From Eledone cirrhosa (Eukaryota), in assembly GCA_964016885.1 (NCBI GenBank), contig OZ024743.1, positions 236,220,001 to 236,284,000 on the forward strand: a DNA stretch of 64,000 nt. The letters are read 5' to 3'. Below are positions 26,110 to 39,439 of this stretch, piece after piece. The notes beneath the pieces were generated by a model. It was not told the origin of the DNA, did no database searches, and saw nothing but the letters and a program-made list of their open reading frames with translations. Positions within the stretch are counted from its first letter, which is position 1. Each line of letters opens with the position of its first letter. A program made the position numbers and the translations under genes.

Positions 26110-26768
26110 GTCGATTAAATCACCTCTAGTACTTTACTGGTTCTTTATTTTACCGAGACTAGGATAATGAAAGGTGAGGTTTATCTCCGAGGAATTTGAT
26201 TTCAGAACGTAAAGGGCCGCAACTATGTGCCGTGAAACATAACGCTGTACCGATACATCCAATAATAATTGTTTCTACTTTTGGCACAAGGCCAGCAATT
26301 ACCCCAGTGTATTACTGGTATTTTATTTTATCGACCCCGTAGGAATGAAAGGCAAAGTTAACCTCGACGGGATTTGAACTCAGACTGTAAAGGGACGTAA
26401 CTATGCTGGAAAGCATGGTGTCCAACCCTCTACCGATACTGCCAATTCCTCAACACTAAGATAATTGTTTCTACTTTTGGCACAAGGCCAGCAATTGTCC
26501 AGTACATTACTGGTACTTTATTTTATCGACCCCGTAAGGATGAAAGGCAAAATTGACCTCGGCGGGATTTGAACTCAGAATGGAAAGGGCCGTAACTCTA
26601 TGCGTCAAAGCAATACGTCCGACCCTTTACCGATACTGCCAATCCACCGCCCTACACTAAGATAATGAAAGGTGAAGTTGATCTCGGAGGAATTTAAACT
26701 CAGAACGTAAAGGGCCGCAACTCTGTGTCGTGAAACATAACGCTCTACCGATACATACAATAATAATA
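26110..26768 (-). mobile_element. Nested cluster of four SINE copies (two old partial, two young full-length)
   Basis: Young copies at ~26266-26450 and ~26463-26652 (TSD ACACTAAGATAAT at 26453 and 26654). Old segment 26158-26268 is similar to 26656-26767. Confidence 0.9.
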
Positions 26769-27365
26769 GAAGTCATCTCGGTAGAGTGGTTAGAAGTCAT
26801 CTCGGAATAAACAGCGCAAAGAAAGAAAGCACTTCACTTTGTATGTATATGGCTTCTAGAAAGTTGAACTTTTCTAGGTAACCATATTTAATAAAATATA
26901 TGAAAGATGTCTCCCCTGAGAAAACAGTGAGGTTAATATTAGCTTCAGGGTATCAAAGATGCTGGATTCTTAGTTTTTCGATTTCAGATAATAAAAGTAG
27001 TGAAATATTCTTCTGTTTTGTGAAAGAAACCTTAAGAAGGTTAGAATGGAGGTGATAAAGTATTTATCGCTCTTATATCTTGGAACTCCCCAATCGATTC
27101 TACAATTCGATTTACATTTTATGATTTCAGGTTATATTTTTTACTTTCTGACATATTTCTGGTGTCCTCGGTGATGTTTACCTGTGGAAAATATTCAAGT
27201 TTGTTGCCATAGTTTTCATAATTGGAAAATAAAGGTGAATATGACTCCGAGTGTCTAATGTCTGAAAGTTAGGTAAAGTTAAGACCAAGATACTAAGCTG
27301 TGTGTTGGCAGACCTGTTAGAGTTTAGCAGATGTCTGGCAGTATTCTACATCTCAGTACTCTACT

Positions 27366-30300
27366 CTGGGATATAGTGGGGTAAAGTTGGGTATAGTGGG
27401 GTATAGTGGGGTATAGTGGGTTAGTGTGGGGTATAGTGGGATATAGTGGGATATAGTGGGATGTAGAGGGGTATAGTGGGATATAGTGGGATACAGTAGG
27501 ATATAGTAGGATATAGTGGGGTATAGTGGGATATAGTGGGGCATAGTGGGGTATAGTGGGATATAGTGTGATATAGTGGGATATAGTGGGGTATAGTGAG
27601 ATATAGTGGACTATAGTGCGGTATAATGGCGTATAGTGGGATATAGTGGGATATAGTGGGATATAGTGGGGTATAGTGGGATATAGTGGGGTAGAGTGGG
27701 ATATAGTGGAGTATAGTGGGGTATAGTGGGGTATAGTGGGATATAGTGAGATAATGTGGGTAATAGTGGGATATAATTTTGTATAGTGGGATATAGTGGG
27801 GTATAGTCGGGTACAGTGGGGTATAGTGGGTTATAGTGGGATATAGTGGGATATAGTGGGATATAGTGGGGTATAGTGGGATATAGTGGGATATAGTGGG
27901 ATATAATGGGGTATAGTGGGATATAGTGGGATATAGTGGGATATAGTGGGATATAGTGGGACATAGTGAGATATAGTGGGATATAGTGAGATATAGTGGG
28001 ATATAGTGGGATATAGAGGGGTATAGGGGGATATAGTGGGATATAGTGGGGTATAGTGGGGAATAGTGGGATATAGTGGGGTGTAGTGGCATATAGTGGC
28101 ATATAGTGGCATATAGTGGGGTATAGTGGGATATAGTGGCGTACAGTGGCATATAGTGGTGTATAGTGGGATATAGTGGGATATAGTGGGGTATACTGGG
28201 GTATAGTGGGATTTAGTGGGATATAGTGGGATATAGGGGGTATAGTGGGGTATAGTGTGATATAGAGGGATATAGTGGAATATAGTGGGATATAGTGGTA
28301 TATAGTGGGGTATAGTGGGATATAGTGGGATATATTGGGGTATAGTGGAGTATAGTGGGGTATAGTGGATATAGTCGGGTATAGTGTGGTATAGAGGGAT
28401 ACAATAGGATATAGTGGGGTATTGTGGGATATAGTGGGATATACTGGTATATAGTGGGATATAGTGGTATATAATGGGATATGGTGGTATATAGTGGGAT
28501 ATAGTGATATATAGTGGGATATAATGGGATATATTGGGGTATAGTGGGGTGTATTGGGATATAGTGGGGTATAGTGGGATATAGTGGGCTATAGTGCGAT
28601 ATAGTGGGATATAGTGGGATATAGTGGGGTATAGTGGTGTATAGTGGTATAGAGTGGGGTATAGTGGTATATAGTGGGATATAGTGGGATATATTGGGGG
28701 ATAGTGGGGTGTAGTGGGATATAGTGGGGTATAGTGGGATATAGTGGGGTATAGTGTGGTATAGTGGGATATAGTGGGATATAGTGGGATATAGTGGGGT
28801 ATGGTGGGATATAGTGGGGTATAGTGGGATATGGTGCGAGATAGTGGGATATAGTGGGGTAAAGTGAGGTATAGTGGGTTATAGTGGGTTATAGTTGGAT
28901 ATAGGGGGGTATAATGGGATAAAGTGGGGTATATTGGGATATAGTGGGATATAGTGTGATATAGTGGGGTTATAGTGGGGAATAGTGGGATATAGTGGGG
29001 TGCTGTGGCATATAGTGTGGTATAGTGGGTTATAGTGGCATATAGTGGGGTATATTGGGATATAGTTGGATATAATCGGATATATTGGGGTATAGTTGCG
29101 TGTAGTGGGATATAGTGGGGTATAGTGGGATATAGTGTTATATAGTGGGGTATAGTGAGATATAGTGGTGTATACTGGGGTATAGTAGGATATAGTGGGG
29201 TATAGTGGGATATTGTGAGATATAGTGGGATATAGTGGAATATAGTGGGGTATAGTGGGTTATAGTGGGATATAGAGAGGTATAGTCGGATATAGTGGGA
29301 TATAGTGGGGTATAGTGGCATATAGTAAGAAATAGTGGGATATAGTGGGGTATAGTGGGGTATCGTGGGATATAGTGGGTACAGTGGGATATAGTGGGAT
29401 ATAATGTGATATAGTGGGATATAGTGGTGTACAGTGGGATATAATGGAAAATAGTGGGATATAGTGATGTATAGTGGGATATAGTGGGATATAGTGGGAT
29501 ATATTGGGGTATAGTGGCGTATAGTGGGGTATAGAGGGATTCAATAGGATATAGTGGGGTATTGTGGGATATATTGGGATATAGGGGTTTATAGTGTGAT
29601 ATTGTGATAGTGGGATATAGTGTTATATAGTGGGATATATTGAGATATAGTGGGATATAGTGGGATATAGTGCTATATAGTGAGGTATAGTGGGAGTATT
29701 GTGGGATATAGTAGGGCATAGTGCGTTATAGTGAGATATAGTGGGAGTATTGTGGGATATAGTAGGGCATAGTGGGATATAGTGAGATATAGTGGGGTAT
29801 GGTGGTGTATAGTGGGGTATTGTGGGATATAGTAGGATATAGTGTGATATAGTGGCGTATAGTGGGATATAGTGGGGGTATAGGGGCATAAAGTGACGTA
29901 TAATGGGATATATTGGGATATATTGGGGTATAGTGGGGTATAGTGGGTTATAGTGGGATATAGTCGGGTATAGTGTGATAATGTGGGATATAGTGGGATA
30001 TAGTGGCGTATAGTGAGGTATAGTGGGATATAGTGGGATATAGTGGGATATAGTGGGATATAGTGAGATATAGTGGGATATAGTGGGATATGGTGCGATA
30101 TAGTGGGATATAGTGGGGTATAGTGGTGTATAGTGGGATATAGTGGGGTATAGTCGGGTACAGTGGGGTATAGTGGGTTATAGTGGGATATAGTGGGATA
30201 TAGTGGGATATAGTGGGGTATAGTGGGATATAGTGGGATATAGTGGGATATAGTGGGGTATAGTGGGATATAGTGGGATATAGTGAGATATAGTGGGATA

Positions 30301-33300
30301 TAGTGGGACATAGTGAGATATAGTGGGATATAGTGAGATATAGTGGGATATAGTGGGATATAGAGGGGTATAGGGGGATATAGTGGGATATAGTGGGGTA
30401 TAGTGGGGAATAGTGGGATATAGTGGGGTATAGTGGCATATAGTGGCATATAGTGGCATATAGTGGGGTATAGTGGGATATAGTGGCGTACAGTGGGATA
30501 TAGTGGTGTATAGTGGGATATAGTGTTATATAGTGGGGTATACTGGGGTATAGTGGGATTTAGTGGGATATAGTGGGATATAGGGGGTATAGTGGGGTAT
30601 AGTGTGATATAGAGGGATATAGTGGAATATAGTGGGATATAGTGGTATATAGTGGGGTATAGTGGGATATAGTGGGATATATTGGGGTATAGTGGAGTAT
30701 AGTGGGGTATAGTGGATATAGTCGGGTATAGTGTGGTATAGAGGGATACAATAGGATATAGTGGGGTATTGTGGGATATAGTGGGATATACTGGTATATA
30801 GTGGGATATAGTGGTATATAATGGGATATGGTGGTATATAGTGGGATATAGTGATATATAGTGGGATATAATGGGATATATTGGGGTATAGTGGGGTGTA
30901 TTGGGATATAGTGGGGTATAGTGGGATATAGTGGGCTATAGTGCGATATAGTGGGATATAGTGGGATATAGTGGGGTATAGTGGTGTATAGTGGTATAGA
31001 GTGGGGTATAGTGGTATATAGTGGGATATAGTGGGATATATTGGGGGATAGTGGGGTGTAGTGGGATATAGTGGGGTATAGTGGGATATAGTGGGGTATA
31101 GTGTGGTATAGTGGGATATAGTGGGATATAGTGGGATATAGTGGGGTATGGTGGGATATAGTGGGGTATAGTGGGATATGGTGCGATATAGTGGGATATA
31201 GTGGGGTAAAGTGAGGTATAGTGGGTTATAGTGGGTTATAGTTGGATATAGGGGGGTATAATGGGATAAAGTGGGGTATATTGGGATATAGTGGGATATA
31301 GTGTGATATAGTGGGGTTATAGTGGGGAATAGTGGGATATAGTGGGGTGCTGTGGCATATAGTGTGGTATAGTGGGGTATAGTGGCATATAGTGGGGTAT
31401 ATTGGGATATAGTTGGATATAATCGGATATATTGGGGTATAGTTGCGTGTAGTGGGATATAGTGGGGTATAGTGGGATATAGTGTTATATAGTGGGGTAT
31501 AGTGAGATATAGTGGTGTATACTGGGGTATAGTAGGATATAGTGGGGTATAGTGGGATATTGTGAGATATAGTGGGATATAGTGGAATATAGTGGGGTAT
31601 AGTGGGTTATAGTGGGATATAGTGTGGTATAGTGGGATATAGAGAGGTATAGTCGGATATAGTGGGATATAGTGGGGTATAGTGGCATATAGTAAGAAAT
31701 AGTGGGATATAGTGGGGTATAGTGGGGTATCGTGGGATATAGTGGGTACAGTGGGATATAGTGGGATATAATGTGATATAGTGGGATATAGTGGTGTACA
31801 GTGGGATATAATGGAAAATAGTGGGATATAGTGATGTATAGTGGGATATAGTGGGATATAGTGGGATATATTGGGGTATAGTGGCGTATAGTGGGGTATA
31901 GAGGGATTTAATAGGATATAGTGGGGTATTGTGGGATATATTGGGATATAGGGGTTTATAGTGTGATATTGTGATAGTGGGATATAGTGTTATATAGTGG
32001 GATATAGTGAGATATAGTGGGGTATGTTGGTGTATAGTGGGGTATTGTGGGATATAGTAGGATATAGTGTGATATAGTGGCGTATAGTGGGATATAGTGG
32101 GGGTATAGGGGCATAAAGTGACGTATAATGGGATATATTGGGATATATTGGGGTATAGTGGGGTATAGTGGGTTATAGTGGGATATAGTCGGGTATAGTG
32201 TGATAATGTGGGATATAGTGGGATATAGTGGCGTATAGTGAGGTATAGTGGGATATAGTGGGATATAGTGGGATATAGTGGGATATAGTGAGATATAGTG
32301 GGATATAGTGGGATATGGTGCGATATAGTGGGATATAGTGGGGTATAGTGGTGTATAGTGGGATATAGTGGGGTATAGTGGTATATAGTGGGATATAGTG
32401 GGATATAGTCGGATATAGTGCGATATAGTGGGGAATAGTGGTGTATAGTGGGATATAGTGGGGTATAGTGCGATATAGTGGGGAATAGTGGTGTATAGTT
32501 GGATATAGTGGGGTATAGTGGGTTATAGTGGGTTATAGTGGGATATAGTGGGGTATAATGGGATAAAGTGGGGGTATATTGGGATATAGCAGGATATAGT
32601 GGGGTATAGTGGGGTATAGTGGGGTGTATTGGGATATAGTGGGATATAGTGGGATATAGTGGGGTATAGTCGGATAAATTGGGGTTATAGTGGGTTATAG
32701 TTGGATATATTTGGGTATAATGGGATAAAGTGGGGTATTTTGGGATATAGTGGGGTTATAGTGGGGATTAGTGGGATATAGTGGAGTGCTGTGGCATATA
32801 GTCTGGTATAGTGGGGTATAGTGGCATATAGTGGGGTATATTGGGATATAGTAGGATATAGTCGGATATATTGGGGTATAGTTGCGTGTAGTGGGATATA
32901 GTGGGCTATAGTGGGATATAGTGTTATATAGTGGTGTATACTGGGTATAGTAGGATATAGTGGGGTATAGTGGGATATAGTGAGATATAGTGGGATATAG
33001 TGGAATATAGTGGTGTATAGTAGGTTATAGTGGGATGTAGTGTGCTATAGTGGGATATAGAGAGGTATAGTCGGATATAGTGGGATATAGTGGGGTATAG
33101 TGGCATATAGTGGGAAATAGTGGGATATAGTGGGGTTTAGTGGGGTATCGTGGGATATAGCGGGGACAGTGGGATATAGTGGGACATAATGTGATATAGT
33201 GGGATATAGTGGTGTACAGTGGGATATAATGAGAAATAGTGGGATATAGTCAGGTATAGTGGGATATAGTGGGATATAGTGGGATATATTTGGGTATAGT

Positions 33301-36300
33301 GGGGTATAGTGGGGTACAGAGTGATTCAATAGGATATAGTGGTGTATTGTGGGACATATTGGGATATGGGGGTATATAGTGTGATATAGTGATAGTGGGA
33401 TATAGTGTTATATAGTGGGATATATTGAGATATAGTGGGATATAGTGGGATATAGTGGGATATAGTGGGATATAGTGGAGTATAGTAGGTATAGTGGTGT
33501 ATAGTGGGATATAGTGGGATATAATGGGATATATTGGGGTATAGTTGCGTGTAGTGGGATATAGTGGGGTATAGTGGGATATAGTGGGTTATAGTGGGGT
33601 ATAGTGGAATATAGTGGGTTATACTGGGGTATAGTAGGATATAGTGGGGTATAGTGGGATATAGTGAGATATAGTGGGATATAGTGGAGTATAGTAGGGT
33701 ATAGTTTTTTATAGTGGGATATAGTCGGGTATAGTGGGATATAGAGGAGTATAGTCGGAAATAGTGGGATATGGTGGGGGTATAGTGGTGTATAATGGCA
33801 TATAGTGGGAAATAGTGGGATATAGTGGCGTATAGTGGGCTAAAGTGGGAAATAGTGGGGTACAGTGGGATATAGTGGGATACAGTGTGATATAGTGGGA
33901 TATAGTGGTGTACAGTGGGATATAGTGGGAAATAGTGTGGTATAGTGGGGTATAGAGGGATATGGTGGGATATAGTGGGATATAGTGGGGTTAGAGTGGG
34001 GTATACTGGGTTATTATGGGATATAGTGGGGTATAGTCGGATAAATTGGGGTATAGTGGCATATATTGGGATATAGTGGGATATAGTGGGATATAATGGG
34101 ATATAGTGGGGTATTCTGGGGTATATTGTGATATAGTGGGGTATAGTGGTATATAGTGTGGTATAGTGGGATATAGTGGGGTATAGTGCGATAGAGTTGG
34201 ATATAGTGGGATATGGTGGGATATATTGGGGTATAGTGGGATATAGTGGGTTAAAATGGGGTATAGTGGTATATAGTGCTGTATATTGGGATATAGTGGG
34301 ATATCGTGGGATATAGTGCGGTATAGTGGGAAATAGTGGGATATAGTGGCGTATAGTGGGGTAAAGTGGGAAATAGTGGGGTACAGTGGGATATAGTGGG
34401 ATATAGTGTGATATAGTGGGATATAGTGGTGTACAGTGGGATATAGTGGGAAATAGTGGGATATAGTGGGGTATAATGGGATATAGTGGGATATAGTGGG
34501 ATATAGTGGGATATATTGGGGTATAGTGGTGTATAGTGGGGTATAGTGGAATATAGTGGGATGTAATGGTATATAGTAGGATATAGTGGGGTATAATGGG
34601 ATATAGTGGGGTATAGTGGGATATAGTGGGGCATAGAGGGATATAGGTGGGATATAGTGGGGTATAGTGGGATATAGTGGGATATAGTGGGATATAGTGC
34701 GATATAGTGGGATATAGTTGGATATAGTGGGATATAGTGGGATATAGTGGGATATAGTTGGGTATAATGGCGTATAGTGGGATATAGTGGGATATAGTGT
34801 AATATAGTGGGGTACAGTGGTGTATCGTGGAATATAGTAGGGTATAGTGGTATATAGTGGTATATAGTGGGATATATTCGGGTATAGTGGGGTGTAGTGG
34901 GATATAGAGGGATATGGTGGGATATAGTGGGATATAGTGGGGTTAGAGTGGGGTATACTGGGTTATTATGGGATATAGTGGGGTATAGTCGGATAAATTG
35001 GCGTATAGTGGCATATATGGGGATATAGTGGGATATAGTGGGATATAATGGGATATAGTGGGGTATACTGGGGTATAGTGTGATATAGTGGGGTATAGTG
35101 GTATATAGTGTGGTATAGTGGGATATAGTGGCGTATAGTGCGATATAGTTAGATATAGTGGGATATGGTTGGATATATTGGGGTATAGTGGGGTATAGTG
35201 GGTTATAATGGGGTATAGTGATATATAGTGCTGTATATTGAGATATAGTGGGATATAGTGGGATATAATGCGGTATAGTGGGGAATAGTGGGATATAGTG
35301 GGGTCTAGTGGCATATAGTGGGATATGTGGGGTATAGTGGGATATAGTGGGATATAGTCTGATATAGTGTGGTATAGTGGGATATAGTGGGATATAGTGG
35401 GATATAGTGTTATATAGTGGGATATATTGAAATATAGTGGGATACAGTGGTATATAGTGGAATATAGTGGGATATAGTGGGGGGGGGGTTATAGTGGGAT
35501 ATAGTGGGGTATTGTGGGATATAGTGGGGTATAGGGATGTATAGTGGGGTATAGTGTGATATAGTGGGATATAGTAGGATATAGTGGGATATAGTGGAAT
35601 ATAGTGGGATATAGTGGACTATATTGGTGTATAGTGGGATATATAGGGTATAGTAGGATATAGCTGGGTATAATAGGATATAGTGCGATATAGTGGGATA
35701 TAGTGGGGTATAGTGGGGAATACTGGGATATAGTGGGCTATTTTGGCAGATAGTGGGATATAGTGGTGTGTAGTGGCATATAGTGGGGTTTAGTTGAATA
35801 TAGTAGGGTATAGTGGGGTATAGTGGTATTTAGTGGGATATAGTGGGATATAGTGGGATATTGTGGGGTTTAGATGGGTATTTTGGGATATAGGGGGATA
35901 TAATGGGGTATAGTGGAGTATAGTGGGATATAGGTGGGATCTAGTGCCGTATAGTGGGATATAGTGTGGGATAGTGGGATATAGTTGAGTATATTGGGGT
36001 ATAGTGGGGTATAGTGGGACATAGGTGGATATAGTAGGATATAGTGGGGTACAGTTGGCTATAGTATGATATAGTGGGATATAGTGGGATATAGTGAGAT
36101 ATAGTGTGGTATAGTGGCATATAGTGTGATTTAGTGTGATATATTGGGATATAGTGGGTGTATAGTGTGATATAGTGTTATATAGTGGGATATAGTGGGA
36201 TATAGTGGTGTATAGTGGGATATAGTGGGATATAATGGGATATAGTGGGATATAGTAGGATATAGTGTGGTATAGTGGGGTATAGTAGGATATAGTGGGA

Positions 36301-38115
36301 TATAGTTCGATATAGTGAGATATAGCGGGATATAGTGGGGTATATTAAGGTATAGTAGGGTATAGTGGGATATTATGTGATATAGTGGGATATAGTGGGG
36401 GTATAGTGAGGTATAGTGGGGTATAGTGGGATATAGTGGGATACAGTGGGATATAGTGGGATATTATGGGGTATAGTGGTGTATAGTGGGATATAGTAGG
36501 GCATAGTGGGATATAGTGGGGTATAGTGGTATTTAGTGGGGTATAGAGAGATATATTGGGGTATAGTGGGGTATAGTGTGGTATAGTGGGTATAGTGGGA
36601 TATAGTGGGATATAGTGGGGAATAGTGGGATATAGTGGGGTATAGTGGCCTATAGTGGGATATGTGGGGTATAGTGGCATATAGTGGGATATAGTGGGGT
36701 TTAGATGGATATTATGGGATATAGGGGGATATAATGGGGTATAGTGGTGTATAGTGGGATATAGGTGGGATATAGTGCTGTATAGTGGGATATAGTGTGG
36801 GATAGTGGGATATAGTGGAGTATATTGGGGTATAGTGGGGTATAGTGGGATATAGGGAGATATAGTAGGATATAGTGGGGTATAGTGGGGTATAGTATGA
36901 TATAGTGGGATATAGAGTGATATAGTGAGATATAGTGTGGTATAGTGGGATATAGTGTGATTTAGTGCGATATATTGGGATATAGTGGGGTATAGTGTGA
37001 TATAGTGTGATATAGTGTGATATAGTGGGATATAGTGGTGTATAGTGGGATATAGTGGGATATAATGGGATACAGTGGGATATAGTGGGATATAGTGTGG
37101 TATAGTGGGGTATAGTGGGATATAGTTGGATATAGTGCGATATAGTGAGATATAGTGGGATATAGTGGGGTATAGTGTGGTATAGTAGGGTATAGTGGGA
37201 TATAGTGGGATATAGTGGGATATATTGGGGTGTAGTGGGATATAGTGGGGTATAGTGTGAAAAGTGTGATATAGTGGGGTATAATGGGGTATAGTGTGAT
37301 ATAGTGGGATATAGTGGGATATAGTGGGGGTATAGTGGGATACAGTGGAATATAATGGGATATAATGGGATATAGTGGGATATAGTGGGATATAGTGGGG
37401 TATAGTGGTATATAGTGGGATATTATGGGATATAGTGGGATATAGTGGGGGTATAGTGAGGTATAGTGGGGTGTAGTGGGATATAGTGGGATACAGTGGG
37501 ATATAGTGGGATATAGTTGGATATAGTGGGGTATAGTGGTGTATAGTGGGATATAGTGGGATATAGTGGGATATAGTGGGATATAGTGGCGTACAATCGA
37601 ATATAGTGGGATATAGTGGGCTACAGTGGTATATAGTGGGATATAGTGGGGTGTATAGTGGCATATAGTGGTATATAGTGGGGTATTGTGGGATATAGTG
37701 GGATATAGTAGGGTACAATGGGATATAGTGGGATATAGTGGCATTTAGTGGGATATAGTGGGATATAGTGGGATATAGTGGGATATAGTGGGATATAGTG
37801 GTATATAGTGGAATATAGTCGGGTATAGTGGGATATTTTGGGATATAGTGGGATATAATGGGCTATAGTGGAGTATAGTGTTATATAGTGGGATATAGTG
37901 GGATATAGTGGAGTATAGTGGGAGATAGTGGGATATAGTGGGTCATAGTGGGATATAGTGGCGTAAATGGGATATAGTGGTATATGGTGGGGTATAGTGT
38001 GGTATAGTGGGATATAGTGGACTATAGTGGGATATAGTGGGGTATAGTGGCGTATAGTGGCTTATAGTGGGATATAGTAATGTATAGTGAGATATAGTGG
38101 TGTATAGTGGGGTAT
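27366..38115. repeat. 10-bp satellite, consensus TATAGTGGG(A/G), ~10.7 kb
   Basis: Direct reading; about 1070 units by length; source of the PLYPTISHY junk ORFs. Confidence 0.98.
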
Positions 38116-38389
38116 ACTATGCCATTGACACAATATATGTCTAGTTTCTGTTTTATTTCTTCTTTAGAATCTCTGAAGTTGAGAGTAAGAAATCAATGTA
38201 AACAAAGACTGTAGTCGAAGGTGGACTGTTGCTTATCTAGGATCAACTATCACGTGTCTCTACATTATCTACACTTTACTAAGTTCACTTAGTTAATATA
38301 GATCGATATTGAAATCAATCAATTAGTAAGTAGGATTGTTTTAAAGTAAAAATTGTATAAATGCCAGCAATCCTACCCCAGAACTTGTG

Positions 38390-39385
38390 AAATATAACAG
38401 CGGTGAACACATTACTATATATGGAAGAAATATAACAGCGGTGAACACATTACTATATATGGAAGAAATATAACAGCGGTGAACACATTACCATATATGG
38501 GGGAAATATGACAGCGGTGAACACATTACCATATATGGGGGAAATATAACAGCGGTGAACACATTACCATATATGGGGGAAATATAACAGCGGTGAACAC
38601 ATTACCATATATGGGGGAAATATGACAGCGGTGAACACATTACCATATATGGGGGAAATATAACAGCGGTGAACACATTACCATATATGGGGGAAATATA
38701 ACAGCGGTGAACACATTACCATATATGGGGGAAATATAACAGCGGTGAACACATTACCATATATGGGGGAAATATAACAGCGGTGAACACATTACCATAT
38801 ATGGGGGAAATATAACAGCGGTGAACACATTACCATATATGGGGGAAATATAACAGCGGTGAACACATTACCATATATGGGGGAAATATAACAGCGGTGA
38901 ACACATTACCATATATGGGGGAAATATAACAGCGGTGAACACATTACCATATATGGGGGAAATATGACAGCGGTGAACACATTACCATATATGGGGGAAA
39001 TATAACAGCGGTGAACACATTACCATATATGGAAGAAATATAACAGCGGTGAACACATTACCATATATGGAAGAAATATAACAGCGGTGAACACATTACT
39101 ATATATGGAAGAAATATAACAGCGGTGAACACATTACCATATATGGGGGAAATATGACAGCGGTGAACACATTACCATATATGGGAGAAATATAACAGTT
39201 GTGAATACATTACCATATATGGAAGAAATATAACAGCGGTGAACACATTACCATATATGGAAGAAATATAACAGCAGTGAACACATTACCATATATGGGG
39301 GAAATATAACAGTTGTGAATACATTACCATATATGGAAGAAATATAACAGCGGTGAGCACATTACCATATATGGAAGAAATATAT
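38390..39385. repeat. 38-bp minisatellite (AAATATAACAGCGGTGAACACATTACCATATATGGGGG), ~26 units
   Basis: Period 38 (38581 to 38619); no spacers. Confidence 0.97.
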
Positions 39386-39439
39386 GATTGACATGCATTG
39401 AAACATTGGTGCATTTTCATACAATAACACACACACGCA

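Noticed and set aside
27353-37744. Long Pro/Tyr/His-rich ORFs up to 496 aa (adhesive- or extensin-like)
   Set aside because: They are translations of the C-rich strand of a 10-bp satellite, open in several frames with frequent 1-bp indels.
27366-38115. True telomere array
   Set aside because: The unit is not TTAGGG, is degenerate, and has non-repeat DNA on both sides.
38390-39385. CRISPR-like period of the 38-bp array (also the 46-bp array)
   Set aside because: Units are contiguous with no unique spacers, there are no cas genes, and the context is eukaryotic.
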